In this document: positions 17,495 to 26,891 of the stretch, piece after piece
Numbering within the stretch: the first letter of the stretch is position 1
How the letters are laid out: every line of letters starts with the position of its first letter
Assembly: GCA_036278095.1 (NCBI GenBank)
Contig: DASULS010000008.1
Span: 7,974-71,973, forward strand
Origin: Solirubrobacterales bacterium
GTDB lineage: Bacteria; Actinomycetota; Thermoleophilia; Solirubrobacterales; 70-9
Direction of reading: 5' to 3'
DNA length: 64,000 nucleotides
Program-made: the position numbers and the translations under genes
The notes under the pieces: generated by a model
The model's database searches: none
Told to the model about the DNA's origin: nothing
What the model saw: only the letters and a program-made list of their open reading frames with translations

Positions 17495-17620
17495 GAAGCG
17501 AGGTTGAGGCTGGAAACCGCTCTAGCAAGCGGCTCTGAAAAGTCTCAAGTAAAGGGTGAGGGTGGGCAAACCCTCAACCCAAGGTTGAGAAATGCTGCCT
17601 GCACAATGCTTGGCGGCCGT

Positions 17621-17649
17621 TTGACAGATGCCCCGCAATGCCCTACGTT
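17621..17649 (+). promoter_or_regulatory. Putative ftsZ promoter TTGACA-N17-TACGTT
   Basis: Consensus -35 at 17621-17626 and a TAnnnT -10 at 17644-17649, inside the 288-nt lower-GC ftsQ-ftsZ gap. Confidence 0.35.
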
Positions 17650-17782
17650 GAGCGCAATTTCCGTGCTTCCGGTGAGAGCTTGAACCCTTAAGCATCGCTG
17701 AAGGCTCGGACGGAACCAAGGCTCAACTCAACTAAAAGCTTGCATCGCCAGGGAAACCGGGCGATCTGGAGAAAATCGGGAG

Positions 17783-18862
17783 ATGGAATCCACTTACCTC
17801 GCGGTCATCAAGGTCGTCGGCGCAGGCGGCGGCGGTACCAACGCGGTCAGCCGCATGATCGACGCCGGCATTCGCGGCGTCGAGTTCGTCGCCGTCAACA
17901 CGGACGCGCAGGCGCTGCAGGCCTGCGACGCCGACATCAAGCTCTCGATCGGTCAGGAGCTGACCCGCGGCCTCGGCGCCGGCGGCAACCCTGAGGTCGG
18001 GGCGGGCGCGGCGGCGGAGAGCCGCGACGAGATCAAGGAGGCGCTGAAGGGCGCCGACATGGTCTTCGTCACCGCCGGCGAGGGCGGCGGCACCGGCACC
18101 GGCTCGGCCCCGGTGATCGCCGAGATCGCCAAGGAGGAGATCGGCGCCCTCACCGTCGGCGCGGTGACCAAACCGTTCGAGTTCGAGGGCAAACGACGGA
18201 TGCAGCAGGCGCTCGAAGGCATCGAGAAACTGCGCAACAAAGTCGACACCCTGATCATCGTCCCGAACGAGAAGCTGCTGCAGGCGGTCGAGCGCCGGAC
18301 CAGCGTGCTCGAGGCCTTCCGCCAGGCGGACGACATCCTCCGCCAGGGCGTCCAGGGCATCACCGACCTGATCACCATCCCCGGCCTGATCAACCTCGAC
18401 TTCGCCGACGTGCGGACGATCATGCGCGACGCCGGCTCGGCCCTGATGGGCGTCGGCTCGGCCTCCGGCGAGGCCCGCGCCCTCGACGCCGCCAAGGCGG
18501 CGATCACCTCGCCGCTGATCGAGGAGTCGATCAAAGGCGCGACCGGGATGCTGCTGAACATCACCGGCCCCGAGGACCTCGGCCTCTTCGAGGTCAACGA
18601 GGCGGCCCAGCTGGTCCAGGCCGAGGCCGACGACAACGCCAACATCATCTTCGGCTCGGTCGTCGACCAGTCGATGAAGGACGAGGTCCGGGTCACGGTG
18701 ATCGCGACCGGCTTCGAGGGGTTCGAGCTCTTGGCTCGCTCGCCGCAGCGGGTGCGGCGGCGCTACGAGAGTCGGCCGCGGGTCTCGGCTGAGGACACGG
18801 ACATTCGGAAACTTCGGGTCTCGGACGACGACATCGACGTTCCGGGGTTCCTCAAAGAGTAG
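17783..18862 (+). CDS. ftsZ: Cell division GTPase FtsZ
   Basis: GGGTNAV and [11 protein letters not shown] signatures. Confidence 0.97.
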   Translation: MESTYLAVIKVVGAGGGGTNAVSRMIDAGIRGVEFVAVNTDAQALQACDADIKLSIGQELTRGLGAGGNPEVGAGAAAESRDEIKEALKGADMVFVTAGEGGGTGTGSAPVIAEIAKEEIGALTVGAVTKPFEFEGKRRMQQALEGIEKLRNKVDTLIIVPNEKLLQAVERRTSVLEAFRQADDILRQGVQGITDLITIPGLINLDFADVRTIMRDAGSALMGVGSASGEARALDAAKAAITSPLIEESIKGATGMLLNITGPEDLGLFEVNEAAQLVQAEADDNANIIFGSVVDQSMKDEVRVTVIATGFEGFELLARSPQRVRRRYESRPRVSAEDTDIRKLRVSDDDIDVPGFLKE

Positions 18863-18880
18863 GCGCGGGGGGCCGGCGGT

Positions 18881-18950
18881 AGGGCCCATCGTGGGTCCCT
18901 CCCGCCGCCGCTTCGCGGGAGTTCGTCGGGAGGGACCCACGATGGGCCCT
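18881..18950. repeat. Palindromic element: 24-bp perfect inverted repeat, 22-nt loop; likely dcw terminator
   Basis: 18881-18904 AGGGCCCATCGTGGGTCCCTCCCG is the exact reverse complement of 18927-18950. Confidence 0.9.
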
Positions 18951-18992
18951 TCGACACGGCTGCCCAGGGACGCGCTCGCATAGGCTCAGGGG

Positions 18993-20063
18993 GTGAGTCG
19001 GCGCACTCCTCTCTATGAGCTGCATCAGGAGCTTGGGGCGAAGATCGTTCCTTTTGCTGGGTGGGAGATGCCGGTTGCTTATGAGGGGATTCGGGAGGAG
19101 CATTCGGCGGTGCGGCGGCATGCGGGGATGTTCGATGTCTCCCACATGGGCGAGGTCGAGGTCGAGGGGCCCGGGGCGCTGGCCTTCCTGCAGCGGGTGC
19201 TCTCCAACGACGTAGGGGCGATCGCGATCGGCGGTGCCCAGTACTCCTGCCTCTGCGAGGACGACGGCGGCGTGCTCGACGACCTCTTCGCCTACCGGCT
19301 CGGCGGCGACCGCTACCTGATCGTCACCAACGCCGCCAACCACGAGAGCGACCTCGCCTGGCTCGGGCGCCAGAGCCGCGGCTTCGACGTGATCGTCCGC
19401 GACGTCGCCGACCGCTACGCGATGCTGGCGGTGCAGGGGCCGCATGCCCGCGCCGTGCTGGAGCGGACGCTCCAGGTCCCGCTGCCCCCGCGCTTCCATG
19501 TCTCCCACGTCCAGGTCGGCCGCCGGCCGGCGCTCGTCTGCGGCACCGGCTACACCGGCGAGGACGGGGTCGAGTTGCTCCTCGACCCCGAGGTCGCCGC
19601 GCCGATCTGGGCCGAGCTGCTCGACGCCGGGATCGTCCCCTGCGGCCTCGGCGCCCGCGACACCCTGCGGCTCGAGGTCTGTTACCCGCTGCACGGCAAC
19701 GAGCTGACGCCTGACCGAAACCCGATCGAAGCCGGGCTCGGCTGGTGCTGCAAGGAGGAGACGGGATTCATCGGCGCCGAGCCGATCGCCCGCGCCCGCG
19801 CCGATGGCACCGCCGAGAAGCTCGTCGCCTTCAAGATCGAGGGCCAGGGGATCCCGCGCGAAGGCAATCCTGTCCTCCATCAGGGCGAGGAGGTCGGCAT
19901 CGTCACCAGCGGCACCTTCGCGCCGTCGCTCGAAGTCGGCGCCGGGATGGCCTACGTGAACTCGGAGCTTGCGGAGGTCGGGACCGAAGTCGAGATCGAC
20001 GTGCGCGGCAAACGCCGTCCCGCCCGGATAGCTTCCAAGCCCCTCTACGCGAAAAGGAGCTGA
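18993..20063 (+). CDS. gcvT: Glycine cleavage system aminomethyltransferase (T protein)
   Basis: GTG start. FAGWEMPVAY, FDVSHMG and GYTGEDGVE motifs. Confidence 0.95.
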   Translation: MSRRTPLYELHQELGAKIVPFAGWEMPVAYEGIREEHSAVRRHAGMFDVSHMGEVEVEGPGALAFLQRVLSNDVGAIAIGGAQYSCLCEDDGGVLDDLFAYRLGGDRYLIVTNAANHESDLAWLGRQSRGFDVIVRDVADRYAMLAVQGPHARAVLERTLQVPLPPRFHVSHVQVGRRPALVCGTGYTGEDGVELLLDPEVAAPIWAELLDAGIVPCGLGARDTLRLEVCYPLHGNELTPDRNPIEAGLGWCCKEETGFIGAEPIARARADGTAEKLVAFKIEGQGIPREGNPVLHQGEEVGIVTSGTFAPSLEVGAGMAYVNSELAEVGTEVEIDVRGKRRPARIASKPLYAKRS

Positions 20064-20066
20064 GCC

Positions 20067-20456
20067 TTGGCCGACGCCACCTACCCCGACGACCTTCGCT
20101 ACCACGAGGAACACGACTGGGCCCGGATCGAGGGCGACCAGGCGACCTTCGGGATCACCTGGTACGCCCAGGACTCCCTCGGCGAGGTCGTCTTCTTCGA
20201 GCCGCCCGAGGTCGGCGCCGAGATCCAGAAAGACCTCTCCTACACGGAGGTCGAGTCGGTGAAGGCGGTCTCCGACGTGATCGCGCCGATGTCGGGGGAG
20301 ATCGTCGAGGTCAACGACGCCCTCGTCGACGCACCGGAGAAGATCAACGAGGACCCCTACGGCGAGGGCTGGCTGATCAAGGTGCGGCTGAGCGCGCCGG
20401 AGGAGGCCGAGACGCTCCTCGGCGTCGAGGAATACCGCAAGTTGCTGGACTCCTAG
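20067..20456 (+). CDS. gcvH: Glycine cleavage system H protein
   Basis: TTG start 8 nt after AAGGAG. Lipoyl-lysine context EVESVKAVSDV. Confidence 0.95.
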   Translation: MADATYPDDLRYHEEHDWARIEGDQATFGITWYAQDSLGEVVFFEPPEVGAEIQKDLSYTEVESVKAVSDVIAPMSGEIVEVNDALVDAPEKINEDPYGEGWLIKVRLSAPEEAETLLGVEEYRKLLDS

Positions 20457-20497
20457 GCGGTCGAGCCCGTTACCCGGCTCCCCTAGCCTTAGACGCG

Positions 20498-21907
20498 GTG
20501 ACCCGCTACACCTCCGCAACCCCCGACGACCGCCGGGAGATGCTCGACGCGATCGGCGTCGACTCCCTCGACGAGCTGTTCGAGCAGATCCCCGCGGCGC
20601 TGCGCCTGGGCCGGCCGCTGGCCCTGCCCGACGGGATGCCCGAGGCGGAGGTCTACGAGCGACTGGCAGCGCTGGCCGGGCGCAACGCCGACGCCGAGGA
20701 GCAGGTCTGCTTCGTCGGGGCCGGGATGTACGACCACTACGTGCCGGCGATCGTCGACGCGATCACCTCGCGCAGCGAGTTCCTGACGCCCTACACGCCC
20801 TACCAGCCGGAGATCTCCCAGGGCGGGCTGCAGGTGATGTTCGAGTTCCAGACGGCGATGTCGGAGCTGACCGGGCTTCCGGTCTCCAACGCCGGGCTCT
20901 ACGAGGGTCCCTCCTCGGTCGCCTCGGCCGGCTATCTGGCGATGGGAGCGACGAAACGGCGTCGCTTCGTCGTCTCCCGCGGTCTGCACCCGCACAGCCG
21001 CGAGACGCTTGCGACCTACGCGGTCGGCTACGGCGCCGAGGTGATCGAGGTGGGTCTCGACGGCGGCCTGACCGACGCCGCGGCGCTGGCCGCGGCCGTC
21101 GACGGCGAGACCGCCGCCGTCTTCCTGCAGAGCCCGAACTTCCTCGGCGCGGTCGAGGACGTCGAGGCTCTGGGCGCGGCGGCGAAGGAGCACGGGGCGC
21201 TGCTGATCGTCGCCTGCGACCCGATGACCCTGGGGATCCTCAAGCCGCCGGGGGAGTGCGGCGCCGACATCGCCCTCGGCGAGGGCCAGCCGCTCGGCAA
21301 CCGCCTCGACTTCGGAGGACCGTCCTTTGGCTTCTTCTGCGCGACCGAGGCGCAGATCCGCCGCATGCCGGGGCGGATCGCCGGCGAAACCACCGACGTC
21401 GACGGCCGCCGCGGCTTCGTCCTCGCGCTGCAGACGCGCGAGCAGCACATCCGCCGCGAGAAAGCGACCAACAACATCTGCACCGCGCAGGCGCTGAACG
21501 CGCTGGGGGCGATGGTGCACCTCGCCTGGCTCGGTCGCCAGGGCTTCCGCGAGCTCGGCGAGCTGCTGGTCCAGCGGACCGCTTACGCGCGCGAGCGGCT
21601 GGCGGCGGTCGAGGGGGTCGAGCTGCTGCACGAGGCCCCGGTGGCGCGCGAGTTCGCGGTTCGGCTCGACGCGCCCGTGGACAGGGTCCTCGATCGCGTC
21701 GCCGAGCGCGGCATCGCCGCCGGCTACCCGCTCGCCCGCGACTACCCCGAGTTCGAGGACGGCCTCCTCGTCGCGATCACCGAGCGCCGGACGAAGGCCC
21801 AGATCGACGACCTCGCCGAGGCCTTGGCGGCCGCGGTTATCCAGTTGCGTGGTTCCTTAGACACCCATGACGTGTCTAAGGAACCACGAGTTGAGGGGGT
21901 GGCCTGA
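20498..21907 (+). CDS. gcvPA: Glycine dehydrogenase (decarboxylating) subunit 1
   Basis: GTG 20498. RYTSATPDDRREML and SEFLTPYTPYQPEISQG motifs. The last ~20 codons are encoded by a palindromic element. Confidence 0.9.
   Translation: MTRYTSATPDDRREMLDAIGVDSLDELFEQIPAALRLGRPLALPDGMPEAEVYERLAALAGRNADAEEQVCFVGAGMYDHYVPAIVDAITSRSEFLTPYTPYQPEISQGGLQVMFEFQTAMSELTGLPVSNAGLYEGPSSVASAGYLAMGATKRRRFVVSRGLHPHSRETLATYAVGYGAEVIEVGLDGGLTDAAALAAAVDGETAAVFLQSPNFLGAVEDVEALGAAAKEHGALLIVACDPMTLGILKPPGECGADIALGEGQPLGNRLDFGGPSFGFFCATEAQIRRMPGRIAGETTDVDGRRGFVLALQTREQHIRREKATNNICTAQALNALGAMVHLAWLGRQGFRELGELLVQRTAYARERLAAVEGVELLHEAPVAREFAVRLDAPVDRVLDRVAERGIAAGYPLARDYPEFEDGLLVAITERRTKAQIDDLAEALAAAVIQLRGSLDTHDVSKEPRVEGVA
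21848..21888. repeat. Palindromic element: 17-bp perfect inverted repeat, loop CCATGAC
   Basis: CGTGGTTCCTTAGACAC pairs with GTGTCTAAGGAACCACG. It lies inside the gcvPA tail, and the loop ATG (21867) is in frame with gcvPB. Confidence 0.85.
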
Positions 21908-21908
21908 G

Positions 21909-23432
21909 ATGGCGCTGACCGAGACGCCGATGCAGGCGGAAAAGGCGCGGACGATCTACGAGAAGTCGAAGCCCGGCCGGCGCGCCGCGGCGCTGCCCGC
22001 CGCCGAAGTGCCGGAGCAGCCGCTGGCCGAGCTGATCCCGGAGAAGCTGCTGCGGGTCGAGCCGCCGCGGCTCCCCGAGATCGCCGAGCCGGAGATCGTC
22101 CGTCACTACAACCGCCTCTCGCGTCGCAACTTCGACCTCGACAGCGGCTTCTACCCGCTCGGCTCCTGCACGATGAAGCACAACCCGCGCCTCAACGAGC
22201 GGGTCGCGGCGCTGCCGGGCCATGCCCGCCTGCACCCGGCGCAGGACCCGCGCCGCGCCCAGGGGGCGCTGGAGCTGATGTGGCTGCTGCAGGAGAGCCT
22301 CAGCGAGATCTGCGGGCTGCCGCACGTCAGCCTGCAGCCGAGCGCCGGCTCCCACGGCGAGCTCGCCGGCCTGCTGCTGACCCGCGCCTACCACGCCGAC
22401 CGTGGCGAAGCACGGACCAAGGTGCTGGCTCCCGACACTTCCCACGGCACCAATCCCGCCTCGGTCACGATGGCCGGCTATGAGGTGGTCAAAGTCGCCA
22501 CCGACGAGCAAGGCGGGGTCGAGATGGACGACCTGCGAGCGAAGCTGGCCGAGAACGAGGGCGAGGTCGCCTGCCTGATGCTGACCAACCCCAACACGCT
22601 CGGCGTCTTCGACGAGAACATCGCCGAGATCGCTTCGCTGATCCACGAGGCCGGCGGCACCCTCTACTACGACGGCGCCAACCTCAACGCGGTGATGGGC
22701 CACTCGCGGCCCGGCGACATGGGCTTCGACATCGTCCACGTCAACCTCCACAAGTCCTTCAGCCAGCCTCACGGCGGGGGTGGTCCCGGGGCCGGCCCGA
22801 TCGCGGTCTCCGACCGGATCGAGCCCTTCCTGCCGCGGCCGCAGGTGGTCCGCCGCGAGGGTTCCAACGGCCACGGCCCGAGCTTCGACCTCGACTTCGA
22901 GCGGCCGAAGTCGATCGGCCGCCTGCGCGGCTTCCAGGGCAACTTCGGCGTCTTCGTCCGCTCCTACGCCTACATCCTCAGCCTCGGCGCCGACGGCCTG
23001 GCGGAGGCCTCGGAGACCGCCGTCCTCAACGCCAACTACCTGAAGGCGCGCCTCGCCGAGGGCCGCGCCGGGGAGCGGCTGCCGATCGCCTTCGACCGCC
23101 ACTGCATGCACGAGTTCGTCCTCTCCGGCAAGCCGATGAAACGCGAGCTCGGCCTCGCCACCCTCGACCTCGCCAAGCGCCTGCTCGACTTCGGCTTCCA
23201 CCCCCCGACCGTCTACTTCCCCCTCCTCGTCGACGAGGCCCTGATGGTCGAGCCGACCGAGACCGAGACCAAGGAGTCCCTCGACGCCTTCGCCGAGGCG
23301 ATCGAGCAGATCCTCACCGAGGCCGAGCAAAACCCCGACCTCGCCAAGAACGCCCCCTACACGACCCCCGTCCGCCGCCTCGACGAGGTCAAGGCGACGA
23401 GGCAGCCGGTCGTGCGTCAGTCGCTGGACTAG
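21909..23432 (+). CDS. gcvPB: Glycine dehydrogenase (decarboxylating) subunit 2
   Basis: ATG 21909 (alternative in-frame ATG 21867). PLP-lysine context NLHKSFSQPHGGGGPG. Confidence 0.9.
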   Translation: MALTETPMQAEKARTIYEKSKPGRRAAALPAAEVPEQPLAELIPEKLLRVEPPRLPEIAEPEIVRHYNRLSRRNFDLDSGFYPLGSCTMKHNPRLNERVAALPGHARLHPAQDPRRAQGALELMWLLQESLSEICGLPHVSLQPSAGSHGELAGLLLTRAYHADRGEARTKVLAPDTSHGTNPASVTMAGYEVVKVATDEQGGVEMDDLRAKLAENEGEVACLMLTNPNTLGVFDENIAEIASLIHEAGGTLYYDGANLNAVMGHSRPGDMGFDIVHVNLHKSFSQPHGGGGPGAGPIAVSDRIEPFLPRPQVVRREGSNGHGPSFDLDFERPKSIGRLRGFQGNFGVFVRSYAYILSLGADGLAEASETAVLNANYLKARLAEGRAGERLPIAFDRHCMHEFVLSGKPMKRELGLATLDLAKRLLDFGFHPPTVYFPLLVDEALMVEPTETETKESLDAFAEAIEQILTEAEQNPDLAKNAPYTTPVRRLDEVKATRQPVVRQSLD

Positions 23433-24343
23433 AGCTGCGGCAGCCCCTGCTCGAGCTCCAACACCGGGGCGAAGAGGTCGCCGTGCTTGTCGATCCGATC
23501 GAGGACGTCGGTGGTCTCGAAGACGAGGGAGCTGGCGTCGCCTGAGTCGGCGGTGGCTTCGACCTCCTCCCAGGTGACCGGGGTGGAGCAGGTGGGGCGT
23601 TCGCGGGCGCGGAGGGAGTAGACGGCGATCGTGGTTTTGCGTTCGTTGTTCTGGTACCAGTCGATCAGGACCTTGCCGCTGCGGTCGGTCTTCTTGCCCA
23701 TTTTCGCCAGCACGTTCTCCGGGTCTTGCTTGGCGACGATCTGGGCGATCGCCTGGGCGAAGGGGCGCGTCTGCTCGTAGGTGACCTTGGTGTTGAGGGG
23801 CACGTAGAGCTGCATCCCCTTCGAGCCGGAGGTCTTGGCGAAGCACTCGAGCTCGACCTGCGCCAGCAGCTCGCGCAGGCGCAGCGCCACCCGGCAGCAG
23901 TCGACGACGTCGGCCGGCGGCCCGGGATCGAGATCGAAGGCGAGCACGGTCGGGCGTTTCGGCGCCCGGCTCCGCGACAGCGAGGGGTGCAGCTCGATCG
24001 CCGCCAGCTGCGCCATCCAGATCAGCGTCGGCAGGCTGTCGCAGACACAGAACTCGATCGTCCCCGCTCGCGGCCCCGCCTCGACCTTCGCCGTCTTCAC
24101 CCATTTCGGTCGGTGCTTGGGGCAGCGCTTCTCGAAGAAGGCGGCGTCGAGGTCGTCGACCCCTTCCGGGAAGCGGCGCAGGGTCACCGCCCGCCCGCTG
24201 AGGTGGGGGATCATCGTCGGGCCGACCTTGGCGTAGTAGTCGACCATCTCGCCCTTGCTGAACCCCGCCTCCGGGTAGAGCACCTTCTCGAGGTTGGTGA
24301 GCCGCAGCTCCTTGCCCTCGACCTCGACCCGGGTCTCGCCCAC
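23429..24343 (-). CDS. Stand-alone LigD polymerase/primase domain protein (NHEJ)
   Basis: GTG start. LTNLEKVLYP, FDLDP and KTSGSKGMQLYVPL blocks typical of LigD PolDom. Adjacent to ku. Confidence 0.85.
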   Translation of the reverse strand: MGETRVEVEGKELRLTNLEKVLYPEAGFSKGEMVDYYAKVGPTMIPHLSGRAVTLRRFPEGVDDLDAAFFEKRCPKHRPKWVKTAKVEAGPRAGTIEFCVCDSLPTLIWMAQLAAIELHPSLSRSRAPKRPTVLAFDLDPGPPADVVDCCRVALRLRELLAQVELECFAKTSGSKGMQLYVPLNTKVTYEQTRPFAQAIAQIVAKQDPENVLAKMGKKTDRSGKVLIDWYQNNERKTTIAVYSLRARERPTCSTPVTWEEVEATADSGDASSLVFETTDVLDRIDKHGDLFAPVLELEQGLPQL

Positions 24344-24354
24344 GGCCTACGAAC

Positions 24355-25242
24355 CTATTTCGCGGCTTTGGCTTTTTTCGCCGAGCGTTTCGATTTCGAG
24401 GCCGATTCGCTCTTTTTCGCCGCTTTGGCTTTCGGTTTCGCCGCTTTCTTGCCGCCCTTGTCCTTGACGGCGGCGATGCTTTTCTCCAGCGCCGCCATCA
24501 GGTCGGGGGCTTTGGTCGCCTTCGGCGCCTCGGCTTCGGGGGCGATGATCTCTTTGCCTTCGGCCTTGCGTTCGATCAGCGCCAGCAGCTGTTCGCGGTA
24601 CTCGTCGCGGTAGGCGTCGGCCTTGAACTTGGTGGCGAGCGAGTCGATCAGCTGCTCGGCCATCTCCCGCTCGCGCTCGGCGACTTTCGGCTGCTCGTCC
24701 GGGAGGGCGTCATCCAGATCGGAGGGGGGCACCACCTCGTCGTGGAAGCGCAGCGTCGTCAGCGTCAGCACCCCGTCGCCGGCGCGCAGCGCCGCCAGGT
24801 GCTCCTTGTTGCGGAAGACGAAGCGGGCGATCGCGGCTTTCCCCGAGCTTTCCATCGCCGCGGCCAGCAGCGAGTAGGCCTTCTCGGCGCCTTCGGCGGG
24901 GCCGAGGTAGTAGGGGCTGTCGAAGTACATCGGGTCGATTTCCTCGATGTCGACGAAGTCCTGGACGTCGATCGCGCGCGTCTTCTCCGGCGCCAGCGCC
25001 GCCATCTCGTCTTTGCTCAGCGGCACGTACTGGCCGGGCGAGAGCTCATAGGCCTTGATGATGTTCTCGTAGGGGACCTCCTCGTCGGTCCCTTCGGCGA
25101 CGCGCCGGTGTTTGATCCGGGCGCTGTCGGAGTCGCGGATCTCGCGCAGGGCGATGCTGCGGCGGGCGACCGCGCTGTACATGCGCACGGGCACGTTCAG
25201 CAGCCCGAAGCTGATCGTTCCGCTCCAAATCGCGCGTGCCAT
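24355..25242 (-). CDS. ku: Ku DNA end-binding protein with Lys-rich C-terminal tail
   Basis: MARAIWSGTISFGLLNVPVRMYSA N-terminus and KKAAKPKAKAAKK tail. Confidence 0.95.
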   Translation of the reverse strand: MARAIWSGTISFGLLNVPVRMYSAVARRSIALREIRDSDSARIKHRRVAEGTDEEVPYENIIKAYELSPGQYVPLSKDEMAALAPEKTRAIDVQDFVDIEEIDPMYFDSPYYLGPAEGAEKAYSLLAAAMESSGKAAIARFVFRNKEHLAALRAGDGVLTLTTLRFHDEVVPPSDLDDALPDEQPKVAEREREMAEQLIDSLATKFKADAYRDEYREQLLALIERKAEGKEIIAPEAEAPKATKAPDLMAALEKSIAAVKDKGGKKAAKPKAKAAKKSESASKSKRSAKKAKAAK

Positions 25243-25347
25243 CTAGCCGATCACCTACCCGGATTCTTTCAGCCCAACTCGCGAGGGGCGATAGCGGCGG
25301 GCGCAACGGGAGCCATCTTGCGATTCGCCCGGTGGGATCATGCGCTG

Positions 25348-26004
25348 GTGCTCTTCGAGCTGCGAGAGGTGGGCCTGGACCGCGGCGGCAAGACCGTCCT
25401 CGACTCGCTCGGCGCCGGGATCCCTGAGGGGTCGACGGCGATCGTCGGGCCCTCCGGCGCCGGCAAGTCGACGCTGCTGCGGCTGCTGAACCGGCTCGCC
25501 GACCCCGACCGCGGCGAGATCGACTACCGCGGCCGGCCGCTCACCGCCTACGAGCCGCTGGCGCTGCGCCGAGAGGTCGCGCTGGTGCCGCAGCTGCCGG
25601 CGCTGCTGGCGGGGACGGTCGAGTCGAACCTCCGCTACGCCGCCGAGCTGGCGGGCGAGCCGCTGGAGCCCGAGCGCACGCTCGCTCTCGCCGGCCTCGA
25701 CCCGGGCTTCGCCGCGCGCGACGTCGCCAAGCTCTCGGTCGGCGAGCAGCAGCGGGCGATGCTGGCGCGGGCGCTCGCCCAGCGCCCCGCGGTCCTCCTG
25801 CTCGACGAGCCGACCTCGGCCCTCGACCACGCCGCCCGCGACACGATCGAGGCGGCGCTGGCCGAGCTGCGCCGCGAGCTGGAGATCTCGGTCGTCCTCG
25901 TCAGCCACGACCCCGAGCAGGCCCGCCGCCTCAGCGACTGGGTGCTGCGGTTGGAGGGCGGCCGCGTCGCCGGCTGCGGCCCGCTCGCCGAGGTGCTCGC
26001 ATGA
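25348..26004 (+). CDS. ABC transporter ATP-binding protein (FetA/YbbL-like)
   Basis: Walker A GPSGAGKST, signature LSVGEQQR, Walker B LLLDEPTSALD. The start is uncertain (GTG 25348 or TTG 25318). Confidence 0.8.
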   Translation: MLFELREVGLDRGGKTVLDSLGAGIPEGSTAIVGPSGAGKSTLLRLLNRLADPDRGEIDYRGRPLTAYEPLALRREVALVPQLPALLAGTVESNLRYAAELAGEPLEPERTLALAGLDPGFAARDVAKLSVGEQQRAMLARALAQRPAVLLLDEPTSALDHAARDTIEAALAELRRELEISVVLVSHDPEQARRLSDWVLRLEGGRVAGCGPLAEVLA

Positions 26005-26789
26005 TCGTCGCTGCGGCGAGCACCTCGATCCACATCGACCTCTGGCAGGTCCTCGCCTCGCTGGCGCTGGTCGCGCTGGCGGCGGCGATCTCCTTCTGGC
26101 GCGGCGCCGACCTCGAGCGCGACATCGGCGTCGCAACCGTCCGCTCCTTTATCCAGCTGACCCTCGTCGGCTACGCGATCAAGCTGATCTTCGAAGCCGA
26201 CACGATCTGGCTGGTCCTGGTGCTGCTGGCGGTGATGGTTCTCTTCGGCGCGCTCACCGCCCGCGGCCGCGCCAAGAAGGTCCCCGGCTCCTTCGGGCCG
26301 CTGCTGATCGCTCTCGCGCTGGCCGGCGCCAGCACCCTCGGCCTCGTCGTCGCCCTCGGCGTCTTCGAACCGACGCCGCGCTACCTGGTGCCGGTCGGCG
26401 GCATGGTGATCGGCAACGCGATGACCGCCTCCGCCGTGGCCCTCAACCGCCTCGGCGACGAGATGGGCGAGGGCCGGGCGCGGATCGAGGCGACCCTGGC
26501 GCTCGGCGCCACCGCCCGCGAAGCCGCCGCCCCGACCGTCCGCCGCGCCCTGCGCTCGGGGATGATCACCCTCGTCGACTCGACCAAGACCACCGGCCTG
26601 ATCTTCTTCCCGGGGACGATGGTCGGGATGCTCCTCGCCGGCGCCAGCCCCACCGACGCCGTCCGCCTGCAGCTGATCCTCCTCTACACCCTGCTCGGCA
26701 GCGTCTCGATCTCCGCCCTCGTCGCCACCACGCTCGCCTACCGCAACTTCTTCACCCCCGCCGCGCAGCTGCGCGAACCGGGCGCCTGA
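26001..26789 (+). CDS. ABC exporter permease, FetB/YbbM (UPF0014) family
   Basis: ATGA overlap with the ATPase gene. Blocks SFIQLTLVGYAIKLIF, GGMVIGNAM, ATLALGAT and DSTKTTGLIFFPGTMVGM match the FetB layout. Confidence 0.85.
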   Translation: MIVAAASTSIHIDLWQVLASLALVALAAAISFWRGADLERDIGVATVRSFIQLTLVGYAIKLIFEADTIWLVLVLLAVMVLFGALTARGRAKKVPGSFGPLLIALALAGASTLGLVVALGVFEPTPRYLVPVGGMVIGNAMTASAVALNRLGDEMGEGRARIEATLALGATAREAAAPTVRRALRSGMITLVDSTKTTGLIFFPGTMVGMLLAGASPTDAVRLQLILLYTLLGSVSISALVATTLAYRNFFTPAAQLREPGA

Positions 26790-26891
26790 CACTGCGCATC
26801 TCGGCGTCCTCGTTCGGTCATGTGCAGAGCACACTCCCTCTCTCGTCCTTGATCTGCTTGGTCAGGCGCCCGGTTTCCTAGACTCGCCAAG

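Noticed and set aside
18863-18992. Possible glycine riboswitch upstream of gcvT
   Set aside because: Only 130 nt separate ftsZ and gcvT, and 70 of them are a simple 24-bp perfect hairpin. I could not find the conserved glycine-aptamer core (GGAGAG…CACCGAAGGGGCAA-like strings). An Rfam scan would settle it.
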